DNA of 64,000 nucleotides from a virus (Duplodnaviria; Caudoviricetes): IMG/VR virus record IMGVR_UViG_3300023179_000105, positions 1,862 to 65,861 of that record; one strand, 5' to 3'. Shown piece by piece: positions 30,135 to 38,838 of this stretch (position 1 is its first letter; each line of letters starts with the position of its first letter). The notes under the pieces were generated by a model. It saw only the letters and a program-made list of their open reading frames with translations, ran no database searches and was not told where the DNA came from. The position numbers and the translations under genes were made by a program.

Positions 30135-32972
30135 ATGTTTAAAACGGACAAGGTAGTTTTTAAGAAACTTAATAAAATGCCTATCACCAAAAGAATAGAG
30201 GTCGCATCTTCACCTCAAGGTTCTTCGGTTCTGGCCGCATTAACACCTACCGAATTTGCAGAACTATTTCCACGATACTATCAACGAGGACTACCAGATG
30301 TCGGTGGTTTTCGTGCGGCGACCACGGCTGCGGCACAGAAAAGACAGTCAGAGGCATCGGCAAGCATACTCGATAGATTAACAAAGGCAGAGCAAGGTGC
30401 TGAGGCATATGCCAGTCAAATATATCACAAGTTAAAAAGAAAACTTGGATTAGAAACAGAAAAGCAACCTGAACTATCAAAAGAAGCGGATGATGCATTT
30501 GCCAAAGTTCGGTCAGGTCCTATTGCTGTTAGTTCCGATGAAGGTAAAGTTTTTAGTAGATTAGATGATAAGAAACTGGAATCGGTTGGTATTAAGAGAA
30601 CTAAAGATAATACAGGTCGAGATGTCTACCAATATACTCAACCTCAGGTGAGTGTAGAGGAAGCAAAAAGTAGATTAAAGACCTCAACGTCTACCGGTCA
30701 GATGATGAAAGATGTTTATAATTCTTTCATCTCTGCTGGATTTTCACCACAACAAGCAAAAGCTTTAACTGCGGAAGCAGGACGAGAAAATGATTTTCGT
30801 GCTAATAAGATTTTTGGAACCCACGCTGAGCCAGGAGGCGGCGCCGGAACTCACGGTCGAGAGAATATAGGTATCTTTAGTTGGGGTGATCCGAAAAGAC
30901 ATGCCGAATTTGTCAATTTCATGAGGGAAAACGGCGGTTATGATGAAAATGGACAATTAAAAAGAGATCAAAACACTCTCATTCTTCAAGCAAAGTTTGT
31001 CAAAAAAGAAATGGCAAATTATAATGATGCATCAAGGGCATTCCTTGCTGATAGAGAGGTTTCAAGGGATCAAGGTGGTAAATACTTAGCAAGTTATATT
31101 GGTTGGGATATTGCAGGCAAATATATTAACCCACAAGAACATATTAATAAAAGAAACGGATATTATGCGAAAGTCGATTCTTTTGCAGGATCCGAAGATG
31201 GTGCCGGGCCTAATAAGGAATATACTGGTCCTCAAATTGATAAAATGATGGAACAGTTGCGTGAAGAAAAGAACGCCTCCAGAAAACAGGTATTAGCAAA
31301 CATTCTATCTGATGCTGGTGTTAGTACCGCAACCATTAATAGTATTAGTCAAGTTAAAACAAGTGGTGTTACAGGAGAACATTTCGGTGATAGAAAGGAA
31401 TGTGTATCACTTTCTAAATATTTCGCACCTCAGATTGGCCCTGCCTCTAAGTGGCAGTTTAACGAAGGAACCGCCGGGATAGTTCCTGGTGCTGTTATTG
31501 CTACAAGAAGCTATGGACACGGGCCAACACCAGGCGGCGCCCGTTTCGATCAAATGCCTGATAAGAAAAGTCATTATCATACCGGTATCGCACTAACAAG
31601 ACCTAATGCTGCTGGTGATGTTCTTATATTCGATCAGGCTCAAGGTTATGGTTCTAAGATTACCAAAGTAAACATTAAAAATTATCATGGAGAAACTTGG
31701 GGCGTCGTTAAGGGTGGTGAACCAACACCAAAATCTATGGAAGCAGTTAATATAGCACTATCACGGGCAAATGATAGTGAGAAGGCTGCCATCACCGAAT
31801 CCATGAGAGGTTCGGCACCAAAGACAGCAACATCCACCGGTGAGATTAAAGCGGTTACAGATACAGGACCTCCTCCTGTAAAACCTGTCGATCAAGAAGG
31901 TAATCCTATTCCTCCGCAGCAACAAGCACCTGTTAAACAACCTGGCGCACCACAAGAACCAGCACCTCAGGTTAAAGCAGACGCACCACCGCCGGCGCCG
32001 CAACCAAAAACTGTAACGTTTAGATTGAATAAAGGTAAATACCTTGACCAAATTGAGGGTAAATATGGTTCATTATTAAATGCGCCAATAGTAGGGCCAG
32101 GACGTGAAGGTGCTTGGCAGCAAACACTCGACGGTATTAATGAGAAGGGTGTTAAGTTTAAACAGACAAAAGATGGTATCGAAATAACATTACCTGAAAG
32201 TGATACAAGAATTTCCGAGGTAAGATCGGAAATGAAAAATAGAGGTCTTGATGAAAAGACTTTCTTACAATCACAGATAAATGAACCTAAGGTAGAGGCA
32301 AAGAAGGCTGAAGTGCCTACACCTCCGCCACCTACACCGACACCACCTACACCGGAGCAGGCACAAACCGAGCCAGCAACAATCAAAAAGTTTGTTAAAG
32401 GTGATGGTTATGCTGGTATGGTAGATGTTCCTAATCCTAAGTATGTTGCGCCGAAAGCGGAAACACCTCCACCACCAGAACAACCAAAGGTCGAGGCAAA
32501 ACCACAAGAACCTCCAAAAGTTCCTGGTGCTTCTGACGGTGGTTTATTTAATGTTGGTGATAGAAATGTTGCCATCTCTCCTATGGATAAAAGAGATGAT
32601 AAGGCAGTAATCGATACTAAAACTCAACAACCACTATTTACTGTGAAATCAGGTGAAAAAATAAACGTCACACCTCAGCAAAAGGTTGATGGTATCGCAC
32701 CAGCACAGGACAACATTAGAAATGAAATAAATGCCTTGAGACAAGAAATGGGTAATTCATTTGCTGATGCTGGTGGCAGAATGACACCTATACAAATGAC
32801 ACAAATTCGTTCCGCTGCTACCGATAATCCAAACTTTGTTAATAATCTAACAAAGCAGAACGTGGATTTATGGAACAACCCAGTAATGGAACGTGCTATG
32901 AATAGAACAAGACTACAAGAAACAGGTGATTCCTTAAACAATCATTTCAGTTATGGTAATACAAACGGATAA
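30135..32972 (+). CDS. Tail-associated protein with lysozyme-like and Cys/His amidase-like domains (gp29/tape-measure position)
   Basis: GFS..QA.AL.AE..RE and GIF.W...R (tail lysozyme-like); ECVSL...W...PG.VIAT...YHTGI...IFDQ; Pro-rich linkers. Confidence 0.65.
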   Translation: MFKTDKVVFKKLNKMPITKRIEVASSPQGSSVLAALTPTEFAELFPRYYQRGLPDVGGFRAATTAAAQKRQSEASASILDRLTKAEQGAEAYASQIYHKLKRKLGLETEKQPELSKEADDAFAKVRSGPIAVSSDEGKVFSRLDDKKLESVGIKRTKDNTGRDVYQYTQPQVSVEEAKSRLKTSTSTGQMMKDVYNSFISAGFSPQQAKALTAEAGRENDFRANKIFGTHAEPGGGAGTHGRENIGIFSWGDPKRHAEFVNFMRENGGYDENGQLKRDQNTLILQAKFVKKEMANYNDASRAFLADREVSRDQGGKYLASYIGWDIAGKYINPQEHINKRNGYYAKVDSFAGSEDGAGPNKEYTGPQIDKMMEQLREEKNASRKQVLANILSDAGVSTATINSISQVKTSGVTGEHFGDRKECVSLSKYFAPQIGPASKWQFNEGTAGIVPGAVIATRSYGHGPTPGGARFDQMPDKKSHYHTGIALTRPNAAGDVLIFDQAQGYGSKITKVNIKNYHGETWGVVKGGEPTPKSMEAVNIALSRANDSEKAAITESMRGSAPKTATSTGEIKAVTDTGPPPVKPVDQEGNPIPPQQQAPVKQPGAPQEPAPQVKADAPPPAPQPKTVTFRLNKGKYLDQIEGKYGSLLNAPIVGPGREGAWQQTLDGINEKGVKFKQTKDGIEITLPESDTRISEVRSEMKNRGLDEKTFLQSQINEPKVEAKKAEVPTPPPPTPTPPTPEQAQTEPATIKKFVKGDGYAGMVDVPNPKYVAPKAETPPPPEQPKVEAKPQEPPKVPGASDGGLFNVGDRNVAISPMDKRDDKAVIDTKTQQPLFTVKSGEKINVTPQQKVDGIAPAQDNIRNEINALRQEMGNSFADAGGRMTPIQMTQIRSAATDNPNFVNNLTKQNVDLWNNPVMERAMNRTRLQETGDSLNNHFSYGNTNG

Positions 32973-32995
32973 AAAAAAGGGGCCCGTAGGCCCCT
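32971..32995 (-). terminator. Intrinsic terminator between convergent genes
   Basis: AGGGGCC-TACG-GGCCCCT then a T run on - strand, downstream of gp32. Confidence 0.9.
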
Positions 32996-33018
32996 CTTAA
33001 TAGTTATCTTGTAAGGTC

Positions 33019-33966
33019 TCAGTCCTCAGCCAACTTTCGAAACATGGCGAGGTCTTCATCCTCTTCCTCTTCAACAACTGGTGCTGGTGCTTTCTTTATT
33101 TTAGCGGTCTCAGGCACATCGGTAGGAGGCGAGTAACTTGCTACTTTTGATTGTGCCATGGCATCAGATTGTGAACCGGTGAAACCAAGAACATCATCCA
33201 GACGGCGCTTTAGTTCTTCATAGGACTTAAAGTTCTTTGGATCGATAATCTCCTTGAGAGAGTGTTCACGCTTCCAAACTGCCTCTAACTCGGAATCATC
33301 CTCGTTTAGTGGGCCTGGTGCGAGAAACACGGACTCATCATAGTTAGGGAATGAAACGGTACGGCCGCCCATATTAACTGCCTGACGGGTCACCTTCAAC
33401 TTAAAGTTAGCACCTTTCCAAAGATCGAAAGGATTAACCTTACCCTCTGACTCAAGGTCTGGGTTCATCATCTTTGTAATCTTATCAAAGATTTTCTTGC
33501 CATACTTAAACAAGAATACCTTACCCTCATTCTCAGGGTTCTTAGGATCACTCACCACATAGATGTTAGAAACGTAGTGAAGACGGCGCTTTTGGTCTCT
33601 CGCCTGCTTACGCTCAGGACCATTATCGTCGCTTGAAGAATTCCAGAGTGTAGAATTATACTCTGAAACAGGATCTTTCTGGTCAAAGGTCGTAAGGGAC
33701 TTTTCGATGTACCACTTACCTGTAACCTTATTCTGGAAACCATGATCAAAATAACGCACCCAAGGAAGGGCGTCATCACCATCAACAGCAGGACCTGGGA
33801 GGAAACGGATAACGGCTAGAGCATTACCTGTTTTATCGGGAGTTGGCTTCCAATAATTGTCGGTATCTTCCTTTTCGAAATTACCGCCACCGCCATTCAT
33901 CTTTTCGACTTGCTTGAGTAGACCGTCGAAATCCTTAGATTGTTTTTTTAGATTTGCAAAATTCAT
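33019..33966 (-). CDS. gp32: Single-stranded DNA-binding protein
   Basis: WKP..DK.GN..AVIRFLP; GKVFLFKYGKKIFDKI; NPFD.W.GANFKLK; NYD.S.F; acidic tail. Confidence 0.95.
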   Translation of the reverse strand: MNFANLKKQSKDFDGLLKQVEKMNGGGGNFEKEDTDNYWKPTPDKTGNALAVIRFLPGPAVDGDDALPWVRYFDHGFQNKVTGKWYIEKSLTTFDQKDPVSEYNSTLWNSSSDDNGPERKQARDQKRRLHYVSNIYVVSDPKNPENEGKVFLFKYGKKIFDKITKMMNPDLESEGKVNPFDLWKGANFKLKVTRQAVNMGGRTVSFPNYDESVFLAPGPLNEDDSELEAVWKREHSLKEIIDPKNFKSYEELKRRLDDVLGFTGSQSDAMAQSKVASYSPPTDVPETAKIKKAPAPVVEEEEDEDLAMFRKLAED

Positions 33967-34028
33967 CGTATTCTCCTTGTATAACGTTGTATGTTAATCT
34001 TATCCACTTTACCATAACAATATGATGT

Positions 34029-34057
34029 ATAATAACAGGGGCCGAAGCCCCTGTCAA
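34029..34057 (-). promoter_or_regulatory. Sigma70-type promoter TTGACA-N17-TATTAT overlapping a cUUCGg hairpin
   Basis: -35 at 34052-57, -10 at 34029-34; ACAGGGGC-TTCG-GCCCCTGT at 34035-34054. Confidence 0.75.
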
Positions 34058-34066
34058 GTATTATTT

Positions 34067-34234
34067 TTATTTTCCTAATTCTTTACCTGTTTCTTTATGG
34101 ACAACTCTGCCGCCTTTAATCCAATAATTGCCATGGTCCATCCATAGGTCCCAGATTAACTCGGCACATACTCTATTGTCTTTATTTAATTCCATGATAA
34201 TTTCCATGGAGGTCAATAAATCTTCTTTTGTCAT
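34067..34234 (-). CDS. Hypothetical 55-aa protein
   Basis: Hand translation MTKEDLLTSMEII...KELGK; AAGGAG RBS. Confidence 0.6.
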   Translation of the reverse strand: MTKEDLLTSMEIIMELNKDNRVCAELIWDLWMDHGNYWIKGGRVVHKETGKELGK

Positions 34235-34297
34235 CTTTATTTCTCCTTATAAGATGTATCGATATCTCACAAGAAAACATAACGATAATCTAAACTC

Positions 34298-34305
34298 TAT
34301 TTATA
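34298..34305 (-). promoter_or_regulatory. T4-type late promoter TATAAATA
   Basis: Exact motif upstream of the 55-aa ORF and gp32. Confidence 0.55.
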
Positions 34306-34474
34306 CAATCTCCAAAAACAACTCTAAATAGTATTCTGTTTCCTCATTTAGAGCAAAAACTTCTGTTGAATCCTCATCTATTAAAACCAATTTTTCTTTT
34401 CTTGTTCCTATTTTATATCGGCCTTTCACGTAGTCTCTTAGGATATCTGATGCATTACCGTCTAATAGTCTCAT
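34301..34474 (-). CDS. Hypothetical 57-aa protein
   Basis: Hand translation MRLLDGNASDILRDYVKGRYKIG...LEIV; AAGGAG upstream; overlaps the gp59 end. Confidence 0.5.
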   Translation of the reverse strand: MRLLDGNASDILRDYVKGRYKIGTRKEKLVLIDEDSTEVFALNEETEYYLELFLEIV

Positions 34475-35063
34475 CGATTTTCTCCTTGAGTATATGCTTG
34501 AACTTATCCTTGTCGTATTTTATGAATGGTTTATATTTTCGGATTTTCAACTCAACCTTCGACCATATCGGATCATTATTACCCAAGTATTTATTAAACT
34601 TATCAGAGAACCTTATGAAATCATTTAGTATCACCATACTTTCTGGAGACAATCTCTTGCCAAGGAAAAAAGAAATAATGAGAGGATACTCACCGTCATT
34701 AATAGTAAAAGGCCTTGACAGACCGCCAGAAAAAACTCTCTCCAACTCGTTGGTAAAGTTATATGCGAGTGCCTGTTTACGAGACTTGTATTCCGTGTAG
34801 TTTTTTTCTGCTTCATTTTCTAATAACTCTATAATGTAATGTTTATCTTGGATAAAATTGGCAACATAAAAGTCTTTTAGTTCCTCTGCATTATATAGTT
34901 TAGCAATCTTATCAAAGAAATGCTTATCTTGTCTTTTCTCATACGAGTCTTTAGTGGCACGGAGTTTACCATGCATCTTAAAGAAATCATACTTGTCGCT
35001 GGTAAAATGGGTACGCAACGCCAAGAATAATAGATAAGCACCATAACCGGTGAAATGTTTCAT
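34455..35063 (-). CDS. gp59: Helicase loader
   Basis: Y..FLAL..HF....YDFFK..GK; I.KYKPF; 32-59-33 synteny. Confidence 0.9.
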   Translation of the reverse strand: MKHFTGYGAYLLFLALRTHFTSDKYDFFKMHGKLRATKDSYEKRQDKHFFDKIAKLYNAEELKDFYVANFIQDKHYIIELLENEAEKNYTEYKSRKQALAYNFTNELERVFSGGLSRPFTINDGEYPLIISFFLGKRLSPESMVILNDFIRFSDKFNKYLGNNDPIWSKVELKIRKYKPFIKYDKDKFKHILKEKIDETIRR

Positions 35064-35284
35064 ATTGGTAGTTTGGCAGTCTTTGACTTTTTAAGGAAGT
35101 TTAGTTCTTCAGCTTCAATTTGTATTTTGGCCTTGAGAACACCAGAGACAAGTTTGCCTGCGGTTTCAGTCTCAAGATTATTTTGTTCGCAGAATAGGCA
35201 AATAGCATCGATGTATGGTATATCTTTCATGTATACCATTTCTTCTATTGCCATGGAAAATTTGTTGATATCTTCGGGAGTCAT
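35060..35284 (-). CDS. gp33: Late transcription co-activator (start revised to MTPEDINKF)
   Basis: F...IE.......YIDA....C..N..E.E...KL.S..LK.KI..EA..LNFL......LPI. Confidence 0.88.
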   Translation of the reverse strand: MTPEDINKFSMAIEEMVYMKDIPYIDAICLFCEQNNLETETAGKLVSGVLKAKIQIEAEELNFLKKSKTAKLPI

Positions 35285-35313
35285 TTTCTTTTCCGTTGTT
35301 TCATAATATAAAA

Positions 35314-35603
35314 GGTGCCGGATTCTGTTTCTAGGCTCCGGCGGGCCCAATGATTATGCTGCTAGAGCAAGATCAAATGATGCAAAGTTATCGTTAGCAC
35401 CTAACGTTTGCTTTCGGTCTCCTTGAACCCTTACTACGCTTGTCGATCCTATTTCTGCCCCATCAAAGTAACACGGTTGCCCAAGGTTGCGACCCTATTA
35501 TGGACTTACTGACGATTTCTATCCCGTATCCGTGTTACCATGGTGGAGCAGCCGGGTACCGCCCCCGGGTCCAATACGTCTATGCCGTTCCTCTCAACGA
35601 CCT
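35314..35603 (-). ncRNA. ssrA: Circularly permuted (two-piece) tmRNA, alphaproteobacterial type; tag ANDNFASFDLALAA
   Basis: Acceptor piece ...CCGGG-GGCGGTA-CCCGG-CTGCTCC-ACCA (3' end 35541) lies upstream of the coding piece GGGGCAGAAATAGGATCGAC (5' end 35461); 7-bp acceptor stem with G3-U70; tag frame 35398-35354; 3' pseudoknot; outer ends approximate. Confidence 0.93.
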
Positions 35604-35612
35604 AAGCAGATA

Positions 35613-35643
35613 TATTTATAACATATAATGAGATTTTTGGCAA
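35613..35643 (-). promoter_or_regulatory. Overlapping sigma70-like (TTGCCA-N17-TATAAA) and T4 late (TATAAATA) promoter of ssrA
   Basis: -35 at 35638-43, -10 at 35615-20 with upstream TG; TATAAATA at 35613-20. Confidence 0.75.
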
Positions 35644-35713
35644 GTATTATTGTACCTGATTTTCAAATTCTTCTAATAATGGTGCTCCAACACCACGATG
35701 GTCTTTTGAGTTA

Positions 35714-35833
35714 TTAGTTACATGGCCTTGAAGTGTTGTCCCGTATAAGGCACTCACCGACGGTCGCCACCAGACATCCAGACAAACCCAGACTAAGAAA
35801 CACCATAGCGATAGCTAGATAAATCTTTTTCAT
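35714..35833 (-). CDS. 39-aa predicted lipoprotein
   Basis: MKKIYLAIAMVFLSLGLSGC-LVATVGECLIRDNTSRPCN; lipobox LSGC; GGGAG RBS; ATGA coupling. Confidence 0.7.
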   Translation of the reverse strand: MKKIYLAIAMVFLSLGLSGCLVATVGECLIRDNTSRPCN

Positions 35834-35982
35834 CTGTATTCTCCCATTTCTTTCTTTGCTTCCTTGTTTCGTTCTTTATCACGAAAGTTCTGAATCACAC
35901 AACATTTACAAGAAAGGAGTTTATACTTCTTTCCTTTAAGATTGACTTGACCTGCAACGTTTCTAATGTGGAGAGATTTCAT
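35830..35982 (-). CDS. Basic 50-aa hypothetical protein (CxCC)
   Basis: Hand translation MKSLHIRNVAGQVNLKGKKYKLLSCKCCVIQ...; ATGA overlaps at both ends. Confidence 0.6.
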   Translation of the reverse strand: MKSLHIRNVAGQVNLKGKKYKLLSCKCCVIQNFRDKERNKEAKKEMGEYR

Positions 35983-36659
35983 AACGTATGCTCCAATCTA
36001 AATTGTTTAATCTTATTGACTAACTCTGGTATATACTCACTACGTTGTTTCACAAAGACCTGAGGATCTTCGTTATCAACTGATATCAATACTACAATCT
36101 GTTTTGCTTTGATACCTGTCATCTCTTCATACATTAGAGAGTAACAGGTGCATTGTTCAAAGTAGTTTAGGATCCACTCTTCTCTCTTTAACTTTAAAGA
36201 TGTTTTAAAGTCAATAACAGAAGGTACACCGTCAAACTCGGCAATACAATCAACTTGACCTGCGAGACCGAGAGTTTCGCTATAGAGCATAGTTTCCAAA
36301 TAGTGAACATTGTCAATCCTATCAACGATGGGTAACATTTGTTTGAATGCCATTTTCATATCTGGCATTACATTTTCGTTTAGAAAACTGCTCCGCTCCT
36401 GATTAGAGATATAAGACTCCATAAGCGAATGAAATTTTGTACCTCTTCTACTTGCTCGTCCTGATATCTTGTTCGCTTCTTCTTCCCCCACTTTAGCCCT
36501 CCATTTGGCAATGGAGTCTCCTTTGAAATGCGATAAGAAAGTTGTGACGGATGGTAATTTTTTACCGTTTGGTGAGATGTAGTATCGCTTGCCATTGTAT
36601 TCTTCTCTTTTCAATTCACATAGGAAATGGTCTTGGTTTATATGATTAAAGGTTTTCAA
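35979..36659 (-). CDS. PD-(D/E)XK exonuclease
   Basis: R.Y..P.G..LPSVTT.L; RGT.FH...E.Y; AG.VDCIAEFDG..SVIDFKTS; YF.Q. Confidence 0.88.
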   Translation of the reverse strand: MKTFNHINQDHFLCELKREEYNGKRYYISPNGKKLPSVTTFLSHFKGDSIAKWRAKVGEEEANKISGRASRRGTKFHSLMESYISNQERSSFLNENVMPDMKMAFKQMLPIVDRIDNVHYLETMLYSETLGLAGQVDCIAEFDGVPSVIDFKTSLKLKREEWILNYFEQCTCYSLMYEEMTGIKAKQIVVLISVDNEDPQVFVKQRSEYIPELVNKIKQFRLEHTL

Positions 36660-36699
36660 CTAACATCCAACATCAAAGTCTTCCTCAACTGTTTCGTCC

Positions 36700-36728
36700 A
36701 TTATATACTCCTATTATATAGTTGTCAA
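36700..36728 (-). promoter_or_regulatory. Perfect sigma70 consensus promoter TTGACA-N17-TATAAT
   Basis: -35 at 36723-28, -10 at 36700-05. Confidence 0.85.
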
Positions 36729-36731
36729 CCT

Positions 36732-38045
36732 TTATCTTGTGATTTCTTCCCAGTCCATTGAACCAAAGCAGGTGCTGGTATCTGTTCCTGCTGCTATGGC
36801 TAATGTGAGTGGTGTTGCCACTCCTGTAAATGTGTTTCTTTCTAACTGGAACTTGAATAGAGCCTCTTTGAGAACGTCAATAGATGGTGATGCCTGTGTG
36901 GATGAATTAACATATCCAGAAGCCAATACTCTACCACCTGATATGGCGGTACCTGATATAGTGTATTCAACTGCGGAATCGGCAGCAGCTGAAGTCCATC
37001 CACCTGTTGTGATTGTTCCACCAGATATAACTTGCCAGTTAAAATCTACACCATTACCGCGACCAAGAATAGATAGTGCGGTCATGATAACAACCGCGTC
37101 TAATGCGGTTGATTTAAGTCTTATTGAAACAACTGGATAGTATGTACCTGCTGTCGTTAATGATTTAGGTGCTGTGATAGCAGTACCAATAGCCTGCTGT
37201 GTTCCTCGTAGTTCATAACCACCTTCTGAAATAACAGTAGAACAAACTTGCTTCATAGTGCTATTACTTGCCGTAACACCAGTATTCTTAATTTCTTGAC
37301 GCAACGGTAATGATGCTGTGGTCATATATGTAGAGGTAATCAAATTAGCATGATGAAATGAATGACAGTGGATCAATTGTCCATCGATAACAAATCCGCA
37401 TCTAACGGTACCAAGACCCAACCACTCAACATCGATAAACATAATCTGTGCTTTTGAAATGTCTAATGTTAATTTGGACGGACTTGATACCACATCACCG
37501 AGTAATGTATCTATATTCCAATTTGCCTGATTTACTCTTGTTTCAACGATGGTACCGGTGGTGTTAGACCTTTCAACAAATGAAAGAGTTGATCCATTAA
37601 GTTCAAGAAAGATACCATTATCAGCACCATAATAACCAATTCTTTGTCTAAGATTGGTTTTACCACTATTCATAACAAACGTGGTTAAAATCTGTAATGA
37701 TTTACCTGGCTGGTATGAGAATACTCTGGTCGTTTCTCTGATAACCTCGGCATTTGCCTGTGTCGTCACGTTTAGATTAACAAGTCCCTCTGTAGTAGAG
37801 AAAGCATATGTAGAATTGCCTGATGTGTTTGCTGTGTTCCAAAGTCCATTGTCTTTGAAACGATGGCTGGAATCGAATAGAGTGAGAGGAGTAGACATTC
37901 TGGCTCGGCCGAACGCATCGACTGCCACACCAGTGGGGTTAGCAGGACCGACCTGATTACCATACTTGTCGGCCAGCATTACCACCTCAAAGAGAGTTTT
38001 CTCTTGATTTAGGTATTGATGTGTGTCTATGCGGAACTGGGCCAT
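36732..38045 (-). CDS. Conserved beta-rich hypothetical protein, probably virion-associated
   Basis: DAFGR.R.S.P.TLFDS; YQPGKS; EWLG.G.VR.GF; has its own late-type promoter. Confidence 0.6.
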   Translation of the reverse strand: MAQFRIDTHQYLNQEKTLFEVVMLADKYGNQVGPANPTGVAVDAFGRARMSTPLTLFDSSHRFKDNGLWNTANTSGNSTYAFSTTEGLVNLNVTTQANAEVIRETTRVFSYQPGKSLQILTTFVMNSGKTNLRQRIGYYGADNGIFLELNGSTLSFVERSNTTGTIVETRVNQANWNIDTLLGDVVSSPSKLTLDISKAQIMFIDVEWLGLGTVRCGFVIDGQLIHCHSFHHANLITSTYMTTASLPLRQEIKNTGVTASNSTMKQVCSTVISEGGYELRGTQQAIGTAITAPKSLTTAGTYYPVVSIRLKSTALDAVVIMTALSILGRGNGVDFNWQVISGGTITTGGWTSAAADSAVEYTISGTAISGGRVLASGYVNSSTQASPSIDVLKEALFKFQLERNTFTGVATPLTLAIAAGTDTSTCFGSMDWEEITR

Positions 38046-38069
38046 AAATCTACTCCTTTTATTATGTTC

Positions 38070-38077
38070 TATTTAGG
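38070..38077 (-). promoter_or_regulatory. Late promoter variant CCTAAATA
   Basis: Intergenic, upstream of AAGGAG RBS. Confidence 0.55.
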
Positions 38078-38080
38078 ATG

Positions 38081-38800
38081 TTATAATCCCATCTCCGTTT
38101 TTTGAATAATATATTCTTTGACCACCCCGGAGCGCACGATGTCCTCAATATTAAATTCAATATGGTCAAATGATGGCATACGGCGAGTAATGGCCATCAA
38201 CTCTTTAATACCTGTCTTTTCATGTGGTTTGTGTAGGTCAGACTGGCGATAATCACCACAAAAGATAATTTTAGAGTTAGTACCAATTCTGGTCATAACC
38301 GTATCAATCTCTTGGAATGTCATATTATTACACTCGTCAACAATAATAATACAATCGTTAAAGGTCATACCACGTAAGAACGAGGTGGTTGTAAACTCAA
38401 CGAGTCCCTTTAACTTCAATATACGCCATCCGTCTCCACGACCGAATAAATCATCACAAATTTCTTGGTAAGGTTGTTCATATACTTCCGCTTTTTGTTT
38501 GTCGGTTCCTGGTAGGAATCCCATATCGCGGCTTGGCACGACTGAGCGGATGATAACGACCTTCTTATATGTCTCTTTTAATAAAACCTCCTTTAGAGCG
38601 AGATAGGATGATAGAAAAGTTTTACCGGTACCGGCATAACCGTGTAGCATCAGGTTAGCGCCGCTTTCATATGCGTCCCACACTCTTTGTTGGTTTACTG
38701 TTAGTGGATTGATATGACGCAATTCAAAGTGGTTGTGCTGTGCTGGATTTTGTGGTTGCTCCTGATTTTGTTTACGGTTATTTCTTCTCTTTGTGGACAT
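38081..38800 (-). CDS. phoH: PhoH-like ATPase
   Basis: G.AGTGKTF Walker A; RS.VP.RD.GFLPG; SFLRG.TF; IVDE.NN; GD..QSD; DIVRSG. Confidence 0.93.
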   Translation of the reverse strand: MSTKRRNNRKQNQEQPQNPAQHNHFELRHINPLTVNQQRVWDAYESGANLMLHGYAGTGKTFLSSYLALKEVLLKETYKKVVIIRSVVPSRDMGFLPGTDKQKAEVYEQPYQEICDDLFGRGDGWRILKLKGLVEFTTTSFLRGMTFNDCIIIVDECNNMTFQEIDTVMTRIGTNSKIIFCGDYRQSDLHKPHEKTGIKELMAITRRMPSFDHIEFNIEDIVRSGVVKEYIIQKTEMGL

Positions 38801-38838
38801 ATTTTTACCTTTATTTTTATTGTTAGTCACGTCCTCAT

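Noticed and set aside
27776-32995. Invertible segment explaining the + strand block
   Set aside because: No flanking inverted repeats or recombinase; opposite orientation of such a block is normal in T4-like genomes
34000-34008. DnaA-box-like TTATCCACT
   Set aside because: Single copy with a mismatch, in the gp32 leader; no box cluster
35541-35580. Stand-alone tRNA-Ala
   Set aside because: No anticodon arm, and the 5' acceptor strand lies downstream; it is the tmRNA acceptor piece. No canonical tRNA was found by eye.
35285-35628. N-terminal extension of gp33 (to 35350) and + strand ORF 35440..35628
   Set aside because: Both overlap tmRNA structural elements; gp33 similarity starts at Met 35284
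35979-36659. Cas4 / CRISPR adaptation gene
   Set aside because: No four-Cys Fe-S pattern, no cas genes or array; ordinary T4-like PD-(D/E)XK exonuclease
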